Positions 19,004-28,120 of a stretch of 64,000 nucleotides of DNA are shown here, piece after piece; position 1 is the stretch's first letter, and the number at the start of each line of letters is the position of its first letter. The position numbers and the translations under genes were made by a program. The notes beneath the pieces are model-generated. The model had not been told where the DNA came from and did no database searches. It saw nothing but the letters and a program-made list of their open reading frames with translations. The stretch is taken from assembly GCA_965223905.1 (NCBI GenBank), contig CBDCXV010000010.1:1504001-1568000 (forward strand), given 5' to 3'. Origin of the DNA: Candidatus Latescibacterota bacterium. GTDB taxonomy: Bacteria > Latescibacterota > UBA2968 > UBA8231.

Positions 19004-19897
19004 TTACAGCGGTTCCCACTGCATCAGCCTGAACTGGCCGGCATAGCCGGGGGGAGCCACGTATTGCGCCGCCCAGGGGTTGAGCGAATCGACGTGCGGG
19101 TGGTGCAGATGCCCGGCCAGGATCGCCACGAGGTTTTGCGCGCGGCTCACCAGCCGGACGAATTCCAGGGTCTCGGCCGAGTCGGGGCCGGCGCCGTACA
19201 CGGCGCGGCTGGATTCGGGCCAGTCCGGATCGGCCAGCAGCACCGGTTCCCCTTTCATGGTGTCGATCACAGGCCCGCGCAGCGTCGGCAAACTCAGCGG
19301 GACGTGGATCAACAGGACCGTGGGAACCCCCTCGGCCAGCGTCCGGCGCGTGCGTTCGAGCTGCTCCTCGCCAATCTGGTAGGTCGAGTTGTCGACTGCC
19401 AGGAAGAGCAACCCCCCCACCTCCCGGCGGTCGAAGTCCGGGGCTCCGTGCAGCATCTCCATGCGCCCGGCGCAGGCCCTCCGCACCCGGTCGCAGGGCT
19501 CCTGTCCCAGGAACTGCCAGTCGTGGTTGCCCGGGGTCGACAGGGCGGGGATGCCGTTCTCCTCGACCAGCCCCCGCACCCGCTCGATACCGGACAGCGC
19601 CGGAAAATCCACGCTATCGCCACCGAGCGCCAGCAAGTCGGCCCGCTGCCGGCGCGCCGCCAGGAGGATCTGTTCGAACGCAGCCTCCTGGGGCACGATT
19701 CGCCCCTCGGAATCGCGGTTGTCGTGGCGCTTCCGGAAGCGGGCGGCCAAGTCCCTGCAGGTGTCGAGGAAGTCGGCGTCGCGGTCGTCGATCAATCCGA
19801 GGTGGGTGTCTGCAACGTGCAGCGCGCGCACGGTATTGCGCAGCCCTTCGACCCTCACGCGGGCTCTGTCGTCGGTCCATTGGTGGGTGACGCGCAT
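19004..19897 (-). CDS. Calcineurin-like metallophosphoesterase
   Basis: ATG 19897; DTH, GDSVD, GNHD, H, GHLH motifs. Confidence 0.9.
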   Translation of the reverse strand: MRVTHQWTDDRARVRVEGLRNTVRALHVADTHLGLIDDRDADFLDTCRDLAARFRKRHDNRDSEGRIVPQEAAFEQILLAARRQRADLLALGGDSVDFPALSGIERVRGLVEENGIPALSTPGNHDWQFLGQEPCDRVRRACAGRMEMLHGAPDFDRREVGGLLFLAVDNSTYQIGEEQLERTRRTLAEGVPTVLLIHVPLSLPTLRGPVIDTMKGEPVLLADPDWPESSRAVYGAGPDSAETLEFVRLVSRAQNLVAILAGHLHHPHVDSLNPWAAQYVAPPGYAGQFRLMQWEPL

Positions 19898-20098
19898 GGT
19901 TTCCAACCGGAGTAGAGGGGCAGCCTGCGGTTCCCGAAGCGAAGGTTCCATCGGTCCCGGGTGGCCGCGCCGGAGATCGACAGAAGGCGCGAATTGTCGC
20001 TTCTTGAAACCGGCTCCCGGACAACCAAGCGATTCCCCCCGGAGGCCGTCAACTCGCTCCACTATCCCCCGGCCGCGCGAAGCGCGGTAACCAGGAGA

Positions 20099-22102
20099 AT
20101 GGCCTCTTTCCGCGCCCCAGCCGGCCTCCCGCAGGCCGCCGGCGAGCCCCGCCTGCGCTTTGCCCGCAGCATCGTCGCCGGGGCCCTGTTGTCCCTGGTC
20201 ATCAGCGTCGGCTTCGCCTACTGCCGCCTGGCCCTGTCCACGGCCGGAATGTCCTCGGACTACATCACCGCCGGCGCCGTGGCCGTCTTCTTCCTGCTCA
20301 CCGCTTTTTTCAACCCGCTGGTCAAGCTGGTTCACCTGCCCTGGGGCTTCAATCGCGGCGAGCTGGCGGTGGTCTACGCGATGCTCATCATCGCCTCGAC
20401 CATCCCCACCTGGGGTTTCTCGGCCAACCTCGTCCCGATGCTCCCGGCGGTCTACTACTTCGCCACTGCGGAGAACGGCTGGTCGGATCTCATCCATCCC
20501 CACATCCGCAGCTGGATGGTGGTCGACGACCACGACGCCGTCACCTATTTCTTCCAGGGCCTGCCCGAAGGGGCGACCATCCCCTGGGGTGCCTGGGTCG
20601 TGCCTCTGGCGGCCTGGCTCACCTTCATCGTCGCCATATACCTGATGATGATCGCCCTGATGGTGCTGCTGCGCAGGCAGTGGGTCGAACACGAACGCCT
20701 GCTGTTTCCGCTGGTGCAGCTGCCCCTGCAGATGATCGAGGAAGGCCGGCCCGGGGAACGCTTCGGCCCGTTCCTGAAGAGCCCGCTCATGTGGATCGGA
20801 TTCTCGGTGCCGTTCGCCCTGATGAGCACCTACGGCCTGAATTTCTATTTCCCCATCGTTCCCAGGATCAACCTGTACACCGTCATCGTGCCCTTCAGGG
20901 ACTTCGGCGCCCTGGAAATCCTCCTCAGCTTCACCGTCCTCGGCCTGTCCTACTTCCTCAGCTTCGCACTGTCCTCCAGCCTCTGGCTGTTCCATCTGCT
21001 GGCCAACCTGCAGATGGGGATCCAGTACACGGTCGGTTACCGGCTGTCGGGGGAGATAGAAAAGTTCATGGAGGGGACGCTGATGCTGGCCCATCAGGGC
21101 ATGGGGGCCATGCTCGCCCTCATCGGGTACGGCATCTGGACCGCCCGAGGTCACCTCAAGGCGGTCGTTCTCAAGGTCTGGGGTTCCCGCCCCGACGCCA
21201 TCGACGACAGCGGTGAGATCCTGTCCTACCGGACCGCGGCCTTTCTGCTGGGCGTCTGCAGCCTGTACGTGACGGTCTGGCTCACCCTGTCGGGGGTGCC
21301 GTTGTGGGTAACCATCGTCTTCCTTCTGGTGGCGTTCGGGGTCTTCCTGTTCATGGCCCGCCTGATTGCCGAGAGCGGCCTGGGTTTCATCCGGCCCCAG
21401 ATGACTTCCCAGACCATCGTCATCAACTTTCTCGGCACCAGCTCCGTCACCCCTCCCGGCATCTTCAGCCTGGCCATGACCTTCAGCTGGGCAGGCAACC
21501 TGCGCATCCTGCTCATGGCCTCGGCCATCAACGGCATGAAGCTGGCCGAAAGGGTCGGTGCCCTGCGGCGTCCCCTTTTCTGGGGGATGGTCGTCGCCAT
21601 GCTCGTCAGCCTGTTCTCCTCGGTCTGGCTCGTCATCTATCTCGCCTACGAGAACGGTGGAATCAATCTGGAGGTGTGGGCGTACCAGGCCATGGCCAAG
21701 GGGCCTTCGAACTTCACCGCCTACAAGATCCTGAACCCCGTCAGCCTGTTGGAGCCTTTCGAGGTGATGGCCCCCCGGCTGTTGTTCACCGGCATCGGCG
21801 GCGCCGTCATGACCGCCCTGATCTGGGCCCGCCACAATTTCCTGTGGTGGCCCGTGCACTACATTGGATTCGCCGTCAGCGCCACCAACATGACCTCGGG
21901 GAGCTGGTTCAGCATTTTCCTGGGATCGGTCCTCAAAGCCCTGATTCTCAAATACGGCGGGGTCCGTCTCTACCGCGGCCTGCAGCCGCTGTTTCTCGGT
22001 TTCATACTGGGGCAGATTACCTGCTCTGCCTTCTGGCTCGTCGTCGACCTGCTGGCCGGCGGCACCGGCAACCAGGTACCGGTCTTCTCCCACCACTACT
22101 AG
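20099..22102 (+). CDS. DUF6785/DUF6784-type polytopic membrane protein (putative transporter)
   Basis: ATG 20099 after AGGAG; many TM segments; RRQWVEHERLLFPLVQLP, WWPVHYIGF, KYGG..LY....PLFLGFILG. Confidence 0.8.
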   Translation: MASFRAPAGLPQAAGEPRLRFARSIVAGALLSLVISVGFAYCRLALSTAGMSSDYITAGAVAVFFLLTAFFNPLVKLVHLPWGFNRGELAVVYAMLIIASTIPTWGFSANLVPMLPAVYYFATAENGWSDLIHPHIRSWMVVDDHDAVTYFFQGLPEGATIPWGAWVVPLAAWLTFIVAIYLMMIALMVLLRRQWVEHERLLFPLVQLPLQMIEEGRPGERFGPFLKSPLMWIGFSVPFALMSTYGLNFYFPIVPRINLYTVIVPFRDFGALEILLSFTVLGLSYFLSFALSSSLWLFHLLANLQMGIQYTVGYRLSGEIEKFMEGTLMLAHQGMGAMLALIGYGIWTARGHLKAVVLKVWGSRPDAIDDSGEILSYRTAAFLLGVCSLYVTVWLTLSGVPLWVTIVFLLVAFGVFLFMARLIAESGLGFIRPQMTSQTIVINFLGTSSVTPPGIFSLAMTFSWAGNLRILLMASAINGMKLAERVGALRRPLFWGMVVAMLVSLFSSVWLVIYLAYENGGINLEVWAYQAMAKGPSNFTAYKILNPVSLLEPFEVMAPRLLFTGIGGAVMTALIWARHNFLWWPVHYIGFAVSATNMTSGSWFSIFLGSVLKALILKYGGVRLYRGLQPLFLGFILGQITCSAFWLVVDLLAGGTGNQVPVFSHHY

Positions 22103-22168
22103 TCTTGTCCCGTCGCAGAAATAACTACGACGAGGTAAAAAGCGCTCGCTGGGCGAGGGTGTCGGTAG

Positions 22169-22843
22169 ATGAGTGACTACTGCTTGCGATTGGTCGAGGA
22201 CGAGCTGGCTCCCGGCTCCCGGATAGCGGTGCCGGAGGTGGCGGGTTTCCGCGTCATCTATGTCGCCAGGGGCCGTGCCGGGATTGTTCCGGAGGGCGGC
22301 GCCGAGAAGGTGGAGCTGGGGGAGAACACCGCCCGGTTCGGCGCCACCGGCTGCACCGCGAGCTCGGGAGAAAGCGGCGCTACCTTGTGGCGCTGGGAGA
22401 TGGTGCGAGGGCAGGATGACGGCTGGCAGGCAGGAGGGGAGGAGGGGCAGTCCGTCCTCAAGGCTTCGCACGGCCTGGAGCTCGACCGCGGACGGGAGCA
22501 GATGATGCGCTGCGACCGCGTCGACTTTCCACCCGGCGGCATCGCCTATACCCACATCCACTCCGGCCCGGGGCTGCGCTGCCTTCTGCGGGGTGAGCTC
22601 GTGATCCGGGTCGAAGACCACCCCGAGACGGTGGTTCGACCCGGGGAAACCTGGTTCGAGCGCGGTCCCGATCCGATCTACGCCCGCGCTTCCGGTTCGG
22701 AGCTGACCAGCTTCGTCCGCGCCATGGTCGTACCGCGCACCTGCAAGGGACGCACTACCATCACCTACGTGAAGGCCGCCGACGCCGACAAGCCGAAGCC
22801 GCAGAAATACACCCGCTTCGTCGATGAGTTCATCGACCTGTGA
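22169..22843 (+). CDS. Cupin-domain protein
   Basis: RCDRVDFPPGGIAYTHIHSGPGLRCLL, GETWFE. Confidence 0.75.
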   Translation: MSDYCLRLVEDELAPGSRIAVPEVAGFRVIYVARGRAGIVPEGGAEKVELGENTARFGATGCTASSGESGATLWRWEMVRGQDDGWQAGGEEGQSVLKASHGLELDRGREQMMRCDRVDFPPGGIAYTHIHSGPGLRCLLRGELVIRVEDHPETVVRPGETWFERGPDPIYARASGSELTSFVRAMVVPRTCKGRTTITYVKAADADKPKPQKYTRFVDEFIDL

Positions 22844-22897
22844 GGAGATCCGTCGATTGAAACCGCGCACCCCCGCGGCATTGCCCGGAAACGAAGC

Positions 22898-23563
22898 GTG
22901 ATGGTCGAAGGCCTGGTACTTCAGGGAAAGGTCAACTGGTCGGGCGAGCACTGGATCAGCTACCTGCGTGCGCCGGGCGCTTCGGCGGACAGCGGCATGG
23001 TCAGTCTCTACAACCTTCGCTACACCGAAGCCGGGCACGGATTCGTCGCCTTCGTCAGCATCGAGAACGGAGCGGGGGCCCGGTTCAAGGGGATGTGCAC
23101 GGACAACCGGGAGCTGGTCGATTTCGTCGTCGAGAGGATCACCCACCAGGCGCAACATCCTCTTTACGACGAGAAGCTGCCGGTGACCGAAGCCCGCTTT
23201 TCCCAGGGAGGGCACATCGCTCGCGACCCTTCCTGGACGATTTCGACCGCCGAACACGAGATCGTGGCGAAGTGGGGGCGGATCCAACCGGCCGTCATCG
23301 CCGCCGGGCCCTGGCCCGGGGCCAGTCCGAGCAACTACGTCTGTTCCCTCCTGCATTTCACCGATGAATCGTCGATCGAGCTGGATGTACGCGCGGTCGA
23401 GGGGATGCCGTACATGCGGGACATCTGGCGGGCCGACCATCGGCGGCGACCGCAGCTCCTGCGTTTTCGCCATCTCGGAGAGCCTGATGACGGTGGAGCT
23501 GCCGTGACTCGGGGACCGACCGTCGGGCGGGCGTCCGACCTTCAACAGGAGACAGGAAAATGA
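22898..23563 (+). CDS. Hypothetical protein, probable single-base frameshift near 23430 (true end likely about 23507)
   Basis: Coding-like to RDIWR; removing one G in tggcgggccgacc gives PTIGGDRSSCVFAISESLMTVELP-stop, which is more protein-like than the track ending. Confidence 0.65.
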   Translation: MMVEGLVLQGKVNWSGEHWISYLRAPGASADSGMVSLYNLRYTEAGHGFVAFVSIENGAGARFKGMCTDNRELVDFVVERITHQAQHPLYDEKLPVTEARFSQGGHIARDPSWTISTAEHEIVAKWGRIQPAVIAAGPWPGASPSNYVCSLLHFTDESSIELDVRAVEGMPYMRDIWRADHRRRPQLLRFRHLGEPDDGGAAVTRGPTVGRASDLQQETGK

Positions 23564-24282
23564 AACAGGTATCGCCGGAAGTTTTCGAAGGCCTCCGACA
23601 GCTCGACACGGCAACGATTTTCAACGCCGTGATCGAGGCTCGAGGCGCCAGCCAGGGCGGACGCGAGCTCGAGGACCAGGGGGGAATGCCCTTCAATTAC
23701 ATGGGCCCCGGGATGCAGTGCATGCTGCCCCGACTCGGCATGGCGATCGGCTACGCGGTCACCTGCGAGCTGACGACCCACGACCCGGACGGGCCCGCCC
23801 TGGCCTGGTACGACTACTACGACTTTCTCGACCAGTCGCCGGGCCCGATGGTGACCATCATGAAGGACGTCGACACACGTGCCGGCCGCGGCGCGTCTCT
23901 GGGAGACGGCATGGCCGCCACTCACAAGCACCTGGGGGTAACCGGTATCGTCGTCGACGGATCCATACGGGACCTGGCCGGAATCGAAAGGGTGGGCCTG
24001 CCGGTCTGGGGAACCGGCGTCACCCCGGGTCATGGGGTGCTCAGCCTGGTGCGTCACAATCAGCCGGTTACGGTCAACGAGCTCCTGATCCACCCGGGGG
24101 AAATCGTCGCCGCCGACCGGGACGGGGTGGTGAAGATCCCGGCGGGGGACGACCCCGCGAAGGTGCTGGAAAAGGGCAGGGAGATTCAGGAGCGGGAGGC
24201 ACGCTACCGCGCGATCTTCTCCGATCCCGATCTGACCTGGCAGGGAATCAAGGACTATCAACAGAAGATGATTTCGCAATGA
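23560..24282 (+). CDS. RraA family protein (HMG/CHA aldolase-like)
   Basis: GYAVT, LGDGMA, GIVVDGSIRD, IVAADRDGVVKIP. Confidence 0.88.
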   Translation: MKQVSPEVFEGLRQLDTATIFNAVIEARGASQGGRELEDQGGMPFNYMGPGMQCMLPRLGMAIGYAVTCELTTHDPDGPALAWYDYYDFLDQSPGPMVTIMKDVDTRAGRGASLGDGMAATHKHLGVTGIVVDGSIRDLAGIERVGLPVWGTGVTPGHGVLSLVRHNQPVTVNELLIHPGEIVAADRDGVVKIPAGDDPAKVLEKGREIQEREARYRAIFSDPDLTWQGIKDYQQKMISQ

Positions 24283-25772
24283 CGGGCCCGCCGATGCGGG
24301 TCGCCACCGGGGCCTTCTGCCACGAAACCAGCACTTTCACGACGGTCGCCACCACCTGGGAGAGCTGGAGCCGGCACCGCTTCGGCTACCTCACCGGCGA
24401 TGCCATTCTCGACAAGTTCCGCGGCACCAACTCCGCCATGGGAGGTTTCATGGCGGGGGCGGAAAAACACGGCTTCGAGCTCATTCCGACCATCTTCGCC
24501 AACGCTCACCCCAGCGGGCCGACGCCGCGGGAGGTCTTCGACCGCATCCTGAACGACCTGCTCGAGCGGCTGAAAGCGGCCGGCTCCATCGACGGCGTCA
24601 TCCTGAGCCTGCACGGAGCCATGGTGGCCGAGGGGGTCGACGACGGCGAGGGGCATATACTCGAGGCCGTACGCGACCAGGTCGGTCCCGGAGTGCCGAT
24701 AGTCAGCGAGCTGGACATCCATACCAATATGTCGCCGCGGATGGTGGCGATGGCGGATGCCCTGGTCGTCCACCAGACCTTCCCGGAGATCGATCAGGAG
24801 GAATGCGGCCTAAAGTGCGCCGGCATCATGCACCGGACGCTGCGCAAGGGCCTGCGCCCGACGATGGCGCTGCATCGGCTGCCCCTGGTCTGGGGGATGA
24901 ACCAGATCACCAGGCACTCACCGATGCGGGAAGCCATCGCCGAACTGCATGCGATCGAGGCCCGTCCGGGAGTGGTCACCGCCTCGATCTGCACCTGTTT
25001 TCCCCTCGCCGACATACCTGACATGGGCACCTCGGTCATCGTCGTTGCCGACGACGACCAGGAACTGGCGCAGCGCTACGCCGACGAGCTGGCCTCCTAC
25101 CTGTGGGAGCGGCGTCAGGCCTGGCAATCCGAGTGGAAATCGACGCGGGAATGCCTGGAACAGGCTGAAAGGGAAGGGGAGTTCCCGGTCGTATTCGCCG
25201 ACCGCAACGACAACACCGGCGGCGGAGCTCCCGGGGACGGCACCGGCATGCTGCGCACCTTCATCGAGGCGGAGCTGGAGGACGCCTGCATCCTCTACAT
25301 CGTCGATCCCGAAGCGGTCGCTGCATGCCAAAGGGCTGGAGCAGGGTCGACGTTGACCCTCGAGGTCGGCGGCAAATCGACGCCGTTACAGGGGGAGCCG
25401 GTGAAGATGACGGCCGAGGTCGTCGCCCTGGGCGACGGCAGATTCCTCTACGAAGGGCCGCGTAATCGCGGACTGGAAGGGGACATGGGTCCCTGCGCCC
25501 ATATCCGCCAGGGCGGCCTCCATGTCCTGGTCGTCAGCCACCGGGAGCAACCCTACGACACCGCCCTCTCCAGGACCCTGGACCTGGACCCGCGGAAGAT
25601 GCGCTACATAGGACTGAAATCCGCCGGCCACTTCCGCGCCTGCTACGAGGAGTTTGCCGGCAACATCTTCGTCGTCTCGGAACCCAACGTCCACGACCAC
25701 GAGCAGGTCGTGGACCGCTACGTGAATCTCGGGTGGAAGGTCTACCCGTTCGACGACATCTCGGCGTATTGA
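24279..25772 (+). CDS. M81 family metallopeptidase (MlrC-like)
   Basis: ATG overlaps upstream TGA; HETSTF, LHGAMV, D.H.N, DN.GGG.PGD.T, LKS..HFRA. Confidence 0.92.
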   Translation: MTGPPMRVATGAFCHETSTFTTVATTWESWSRHRFGYLTGDAILDKFRGTNSAMGGFMAGAEKHGFELIPTIFANAHPSGPTPREVFDRILNDLLERLKAAGSIDGVILSLHGAMVAEGVDDGEGHILEAVRDQVGPGVPIVSELDIHTNMSPRMVAMADALVVHQTFPEIDQEECGLKCAGIMHRTLRKGLRPTMALHRLPLVWGMNQITRHSPMREAIAELHAIEARPGVVTASICTCFPLADIPDMGTSVIVVADDDQELAQRYADELASYLWERRQAWQSEWKSTRECLEQAEREGEFPVVFADRNDNTGGGAPGDGTGMLRTFIEAELEDACILYIVDPEAVAACQRAGAGSTLTLEVGGKSTPLQGEPVKMTAEVVALGDGRFLYEGPRNRGLEGDMGPCAHIRQGGLHVLVVSHREQPYDTALSRTLDLDPRKMRYIGLKSAGHFRACYEEFAGNIFVVSEPNVHDHEQVVDRYVNLGWKVYPFDDISAY

Positions 25773-25777
25773 GCGAG

Positions 25778-26650
25778 TCAGGCTTCCCGGGGGGTGTACC
25801 TGGCTTCCCATGCGCGCGCCTCGGGAAAGCCGATGAGCTCGTCCAGCTCGGAAAAATCCGCCATCTCCCCGGCGACCTCCCGGGTCGTCCCATGCTCCTT
25901 GAGGGCGCTGAGGGTCTTGTCGATCGACCGGATGCAGCTCAGGATCAGGGAGTGTGGATAGGCGGCGATCCGGAACCCCAGCCCTTCGAGCTCTGCGGCC
26001 GTGAGGAAGGGGGTTTTCCCTCCCTCTATCATGTTGGCCATCGTGGGGACTCCGAACGAACCGGCGGCGACCTCGAGCTCTTCCACCGTGGTCGGCGCTT
26101 CGAGAAAGACGACGTCGGCTCCCGCCCGCTCGTAGAGCTTCCCGCGCGCGACCGCCTCCTGCAGTCCCGCAACCGCGATGGCATCGGTGCGCGCGATGAT
26201 CAGGAAATCGTCGCTGCGGCGGGAGTGAACGGCCGCTTCGATCTTCAGCGCCATCTCTTGCGCCTCGATCAGGCGCTTGCCGGGGGTGTGACCGCATTTT
26301 TTCGGCATTTCCTGGTCCTCGACCTGGATGGCCTGGGCCCCGGCCTGCTCGTACTCCTGGACCGTCCGGCGCATGTTGAGCGCATTCCCGTATCCCGTGT
26401 CGCCGTCGGCGAGGACGGGAAGGCCGACACAGCGAGACAGGTTGTGGACTCGCTCCAGCATTTCGGAAAACGTCGCCAGGCCCGCGTCGGGCAGCCCGAG
26501 GTGGGAAGCGACGTGGGCGTAACCGCCGAGATAGACCGCCTCGAAACCGGCCCGCTCGATGAGCCTTGCCGAAATCATGTCGAAGCAGCAGGGGGCGATC
26601 AGGATCCGGTCGCGCGCCAGCAGCTGTCTGAGTGTGGTCTGACTATTCAT
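25778..26650 (-). CDS. Isocitrate lyase/PEP mutase family C-C lyase
   Basis: GLPDAGL, DGDTGYG, EDQEMPKKCGH, IARTDA, GGKTP. Confidence 0.92.
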   Translation of the reverse strand: MNSQTTLRQLLARDRILIAPCCFDMISARLIERAGFEAVYLGGYAHVASHLGLPDAGLATFSEMLERVHNLSRCVGLPVLADGDTGYGNALNMRRTVQEYEQAGAQAIQVEDQEMPKKCGHTPGKRLIEAQEMALKIEAAVHSRRSDDFLIIARTDAIAVAGLQEAVARGKLYERAGADVVFLEAPTTVEELEVAAGSFGVPTMANMIEGGKTPFLTAAELEGLGFRIAAYPHSLILSCIRSIDKTLSALKEHGTTREVAGEMADFSELDELIGFPEARAWEARYTPREA

Positions 26651-26695
26651 TGGGAAACCGGCCCCGCGACTGCCCCTTCCAGGAGACCGCGATGG

Positions 26696-27484
26696 TCAGG
26701 TGTCGAGCCCGAATTCCTCGTGCTGACTTTTCAGGGCTTCCGAGTATTCCCGCTTGGCCTCTTCATCCGTCCGGCAGCTCTCTCCCACGAAGACCATGGC
26801 AAAGGCCCGCCGGTGGCGGCTCGTCGAACGGTTCGGATCTGCGCGGTGGATGATCCCCCCGTGATGGATGAGGGCATCCCCCGGGTTCAGGCACAGTGCG
26901 ACTTCCCTTGCCTCGTCCTCCGGACCGTAGTCAAGAACACCCTGCGAAAATCCGAGAATATCGGTGCGTCCGTGAGGTCGTATGCCAATGAGGTGCGAAC
27001 CGGGGACATAGCGCAGGCAGCCGTTCTCCTCGTCGATCGGATCTATGGCTACCCAGACGGAAGCGACATTGCACGGTACGAGCTTGAAGTAAAAGTTGTC
27101 CTGGTGGGGGGGTGTCGGATGCTCGCTACGGGGCGGCTTGTTGAACCACTCGGCCTGCATCGGTTTGGCGGGTTCGCCGATCAGGGTGGCAGCCATCCTG
27201 TTCCAGCGCCTGTCGCTGCAGTACTCGTTGAAGAAAGGGTCGAACTCTTCCATCCGCTGGAGCTGCTTGAGGGTCTCGGGGCGTTTCCGGTCCTGGTAGA
27301 AGGCCGCTCCATCCTCCAGGGCAGGCGTCACGTCGCGCACGTAGCGCGCCACATTTTCTACCAGGATTCCGAACTCGTCCGCGGGCAGGAATCCATCGAT
27401 CAATACGTACCCCTGGCGTTCGTAGGTTCTCTTGTATTTCTGGTAGCTCTCCAATGCGTATGCTCCGTTCTCGAGGCGCTTCAA
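26696..27484 (-). CDS. Phytanoyl-CoA dioxygenase (PhyH) family Fe/2-oxoglutarate oxygenase
   Basis: FNKPP, TPPHQD, WVAID, ENGCLRYVPGSH, H...IH...N.S..RR; TTG start uncertain. Confidence 0.9.
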   Translation of the reverse strand: MKRLENGAYALESYQKYKRTYERQGYVLIDGFLPADEFGILVENVARYVRDVTPALEDGAAFYQDRKRPETLKQLQRMEEFDPFFNEYCSDRRWNRMAATLIGEPAKPMQAEWFNKPPRSEHPTPPHQDNFYFKLVPCNVASVWVAIDPIDEENGCLRYVPGSHLIGIRPHGRTDILGFSQGVLDYGPEDEAREVALCLNPGDALIHHGGIIHRADPNRSTSRHRRAFAMVFVGESCRTDEEAKREYSEALKSQHEEFGLDT

Positions 27485-27843
27485 TATCTAGATGAAAGGT
27501 ATTCAGGGGACCGGATTGCAGCCTCGGAGACGGCTCGTGTCGGCCCCCTTCCGGCAGCATGCTCGATCCAGGCGTGCCTCCGCCTTCACGGCTGGCGCGA
27601 CGAGACACTAGCACTCCCAATGCGCGAGGGCCCGTTCGGGGCGATCGATGGCAGCGGCAGGAAAGCCCCCAAGGTCATAAGGCCCGATGGGCTCCGGGTT
27701 CTTCCTGGTCGTGTTTCCAGAGGAGGGCATAAACGGGGATATCGATGCTCGAGGCAACTGCCGGCGCCCTGGGTTCGGGCGCGGTACCGGGGTAGGTGCC
27801 GACCGTTGCCGACCCCCTCGAGCCGGGGTTCCGGTCCCGGCGA

Positions 27844-27871
27844 TTGACGGCGCCATCGGCACTGGTATTTT
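27844..27871 (+). promoter_or_regulatory. Putative sigma70-type promoter
   Basis: TTGACG-N16-TATTTT with TG one base upstream of the -10. Confidence 0.45.
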
Positions 27872-27910
27872 CGCTCGCCCTCCACGGACCCGGCACCCCG
27901 AAGGCAGGCC

Positions 27911-28120
27911 GTGCTGCTGGACAGTCATACCCATATAACCTCGCAGCGATCCGTCGAGAACGTCATCGCCCACTTGGAGATCTACCGGCTCTGCGGCGAA
28001 GTCGGGTGGCCGGTGCTGCTGCACTTCGACTACCAGGACTTCCACAACTACAACGTCGAGGCCTTCGACAAGGTGTTGGAATCCTGCCCAGCCTTCAATG
28101 GCCCAACCCATACCCCCTGA
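27911..28120 (+). pseudogene. Amidohydrolase remnant with internal and 3' deletions
   Basis: LLDSHTH (N-terminal DxHxH) joined within 15 codons to mid-protein motif IYRLCGEVGWPVLLHF...FDKVLESCP. Confidence 0.68.

Noticed and set aside
19898-23614. 1536-aa minus-strand ORF as a giant protein
   Set aside because: Only the last 297 aa are a real phosphoesterase; the rest is the antisense shadow of three plus-strand genes, common at high GC.
27675-27770. DIPVYALL resembling an enolase-superfamily motif on the minus strand
   Set aside because: Single short motif with no flanking similarity.
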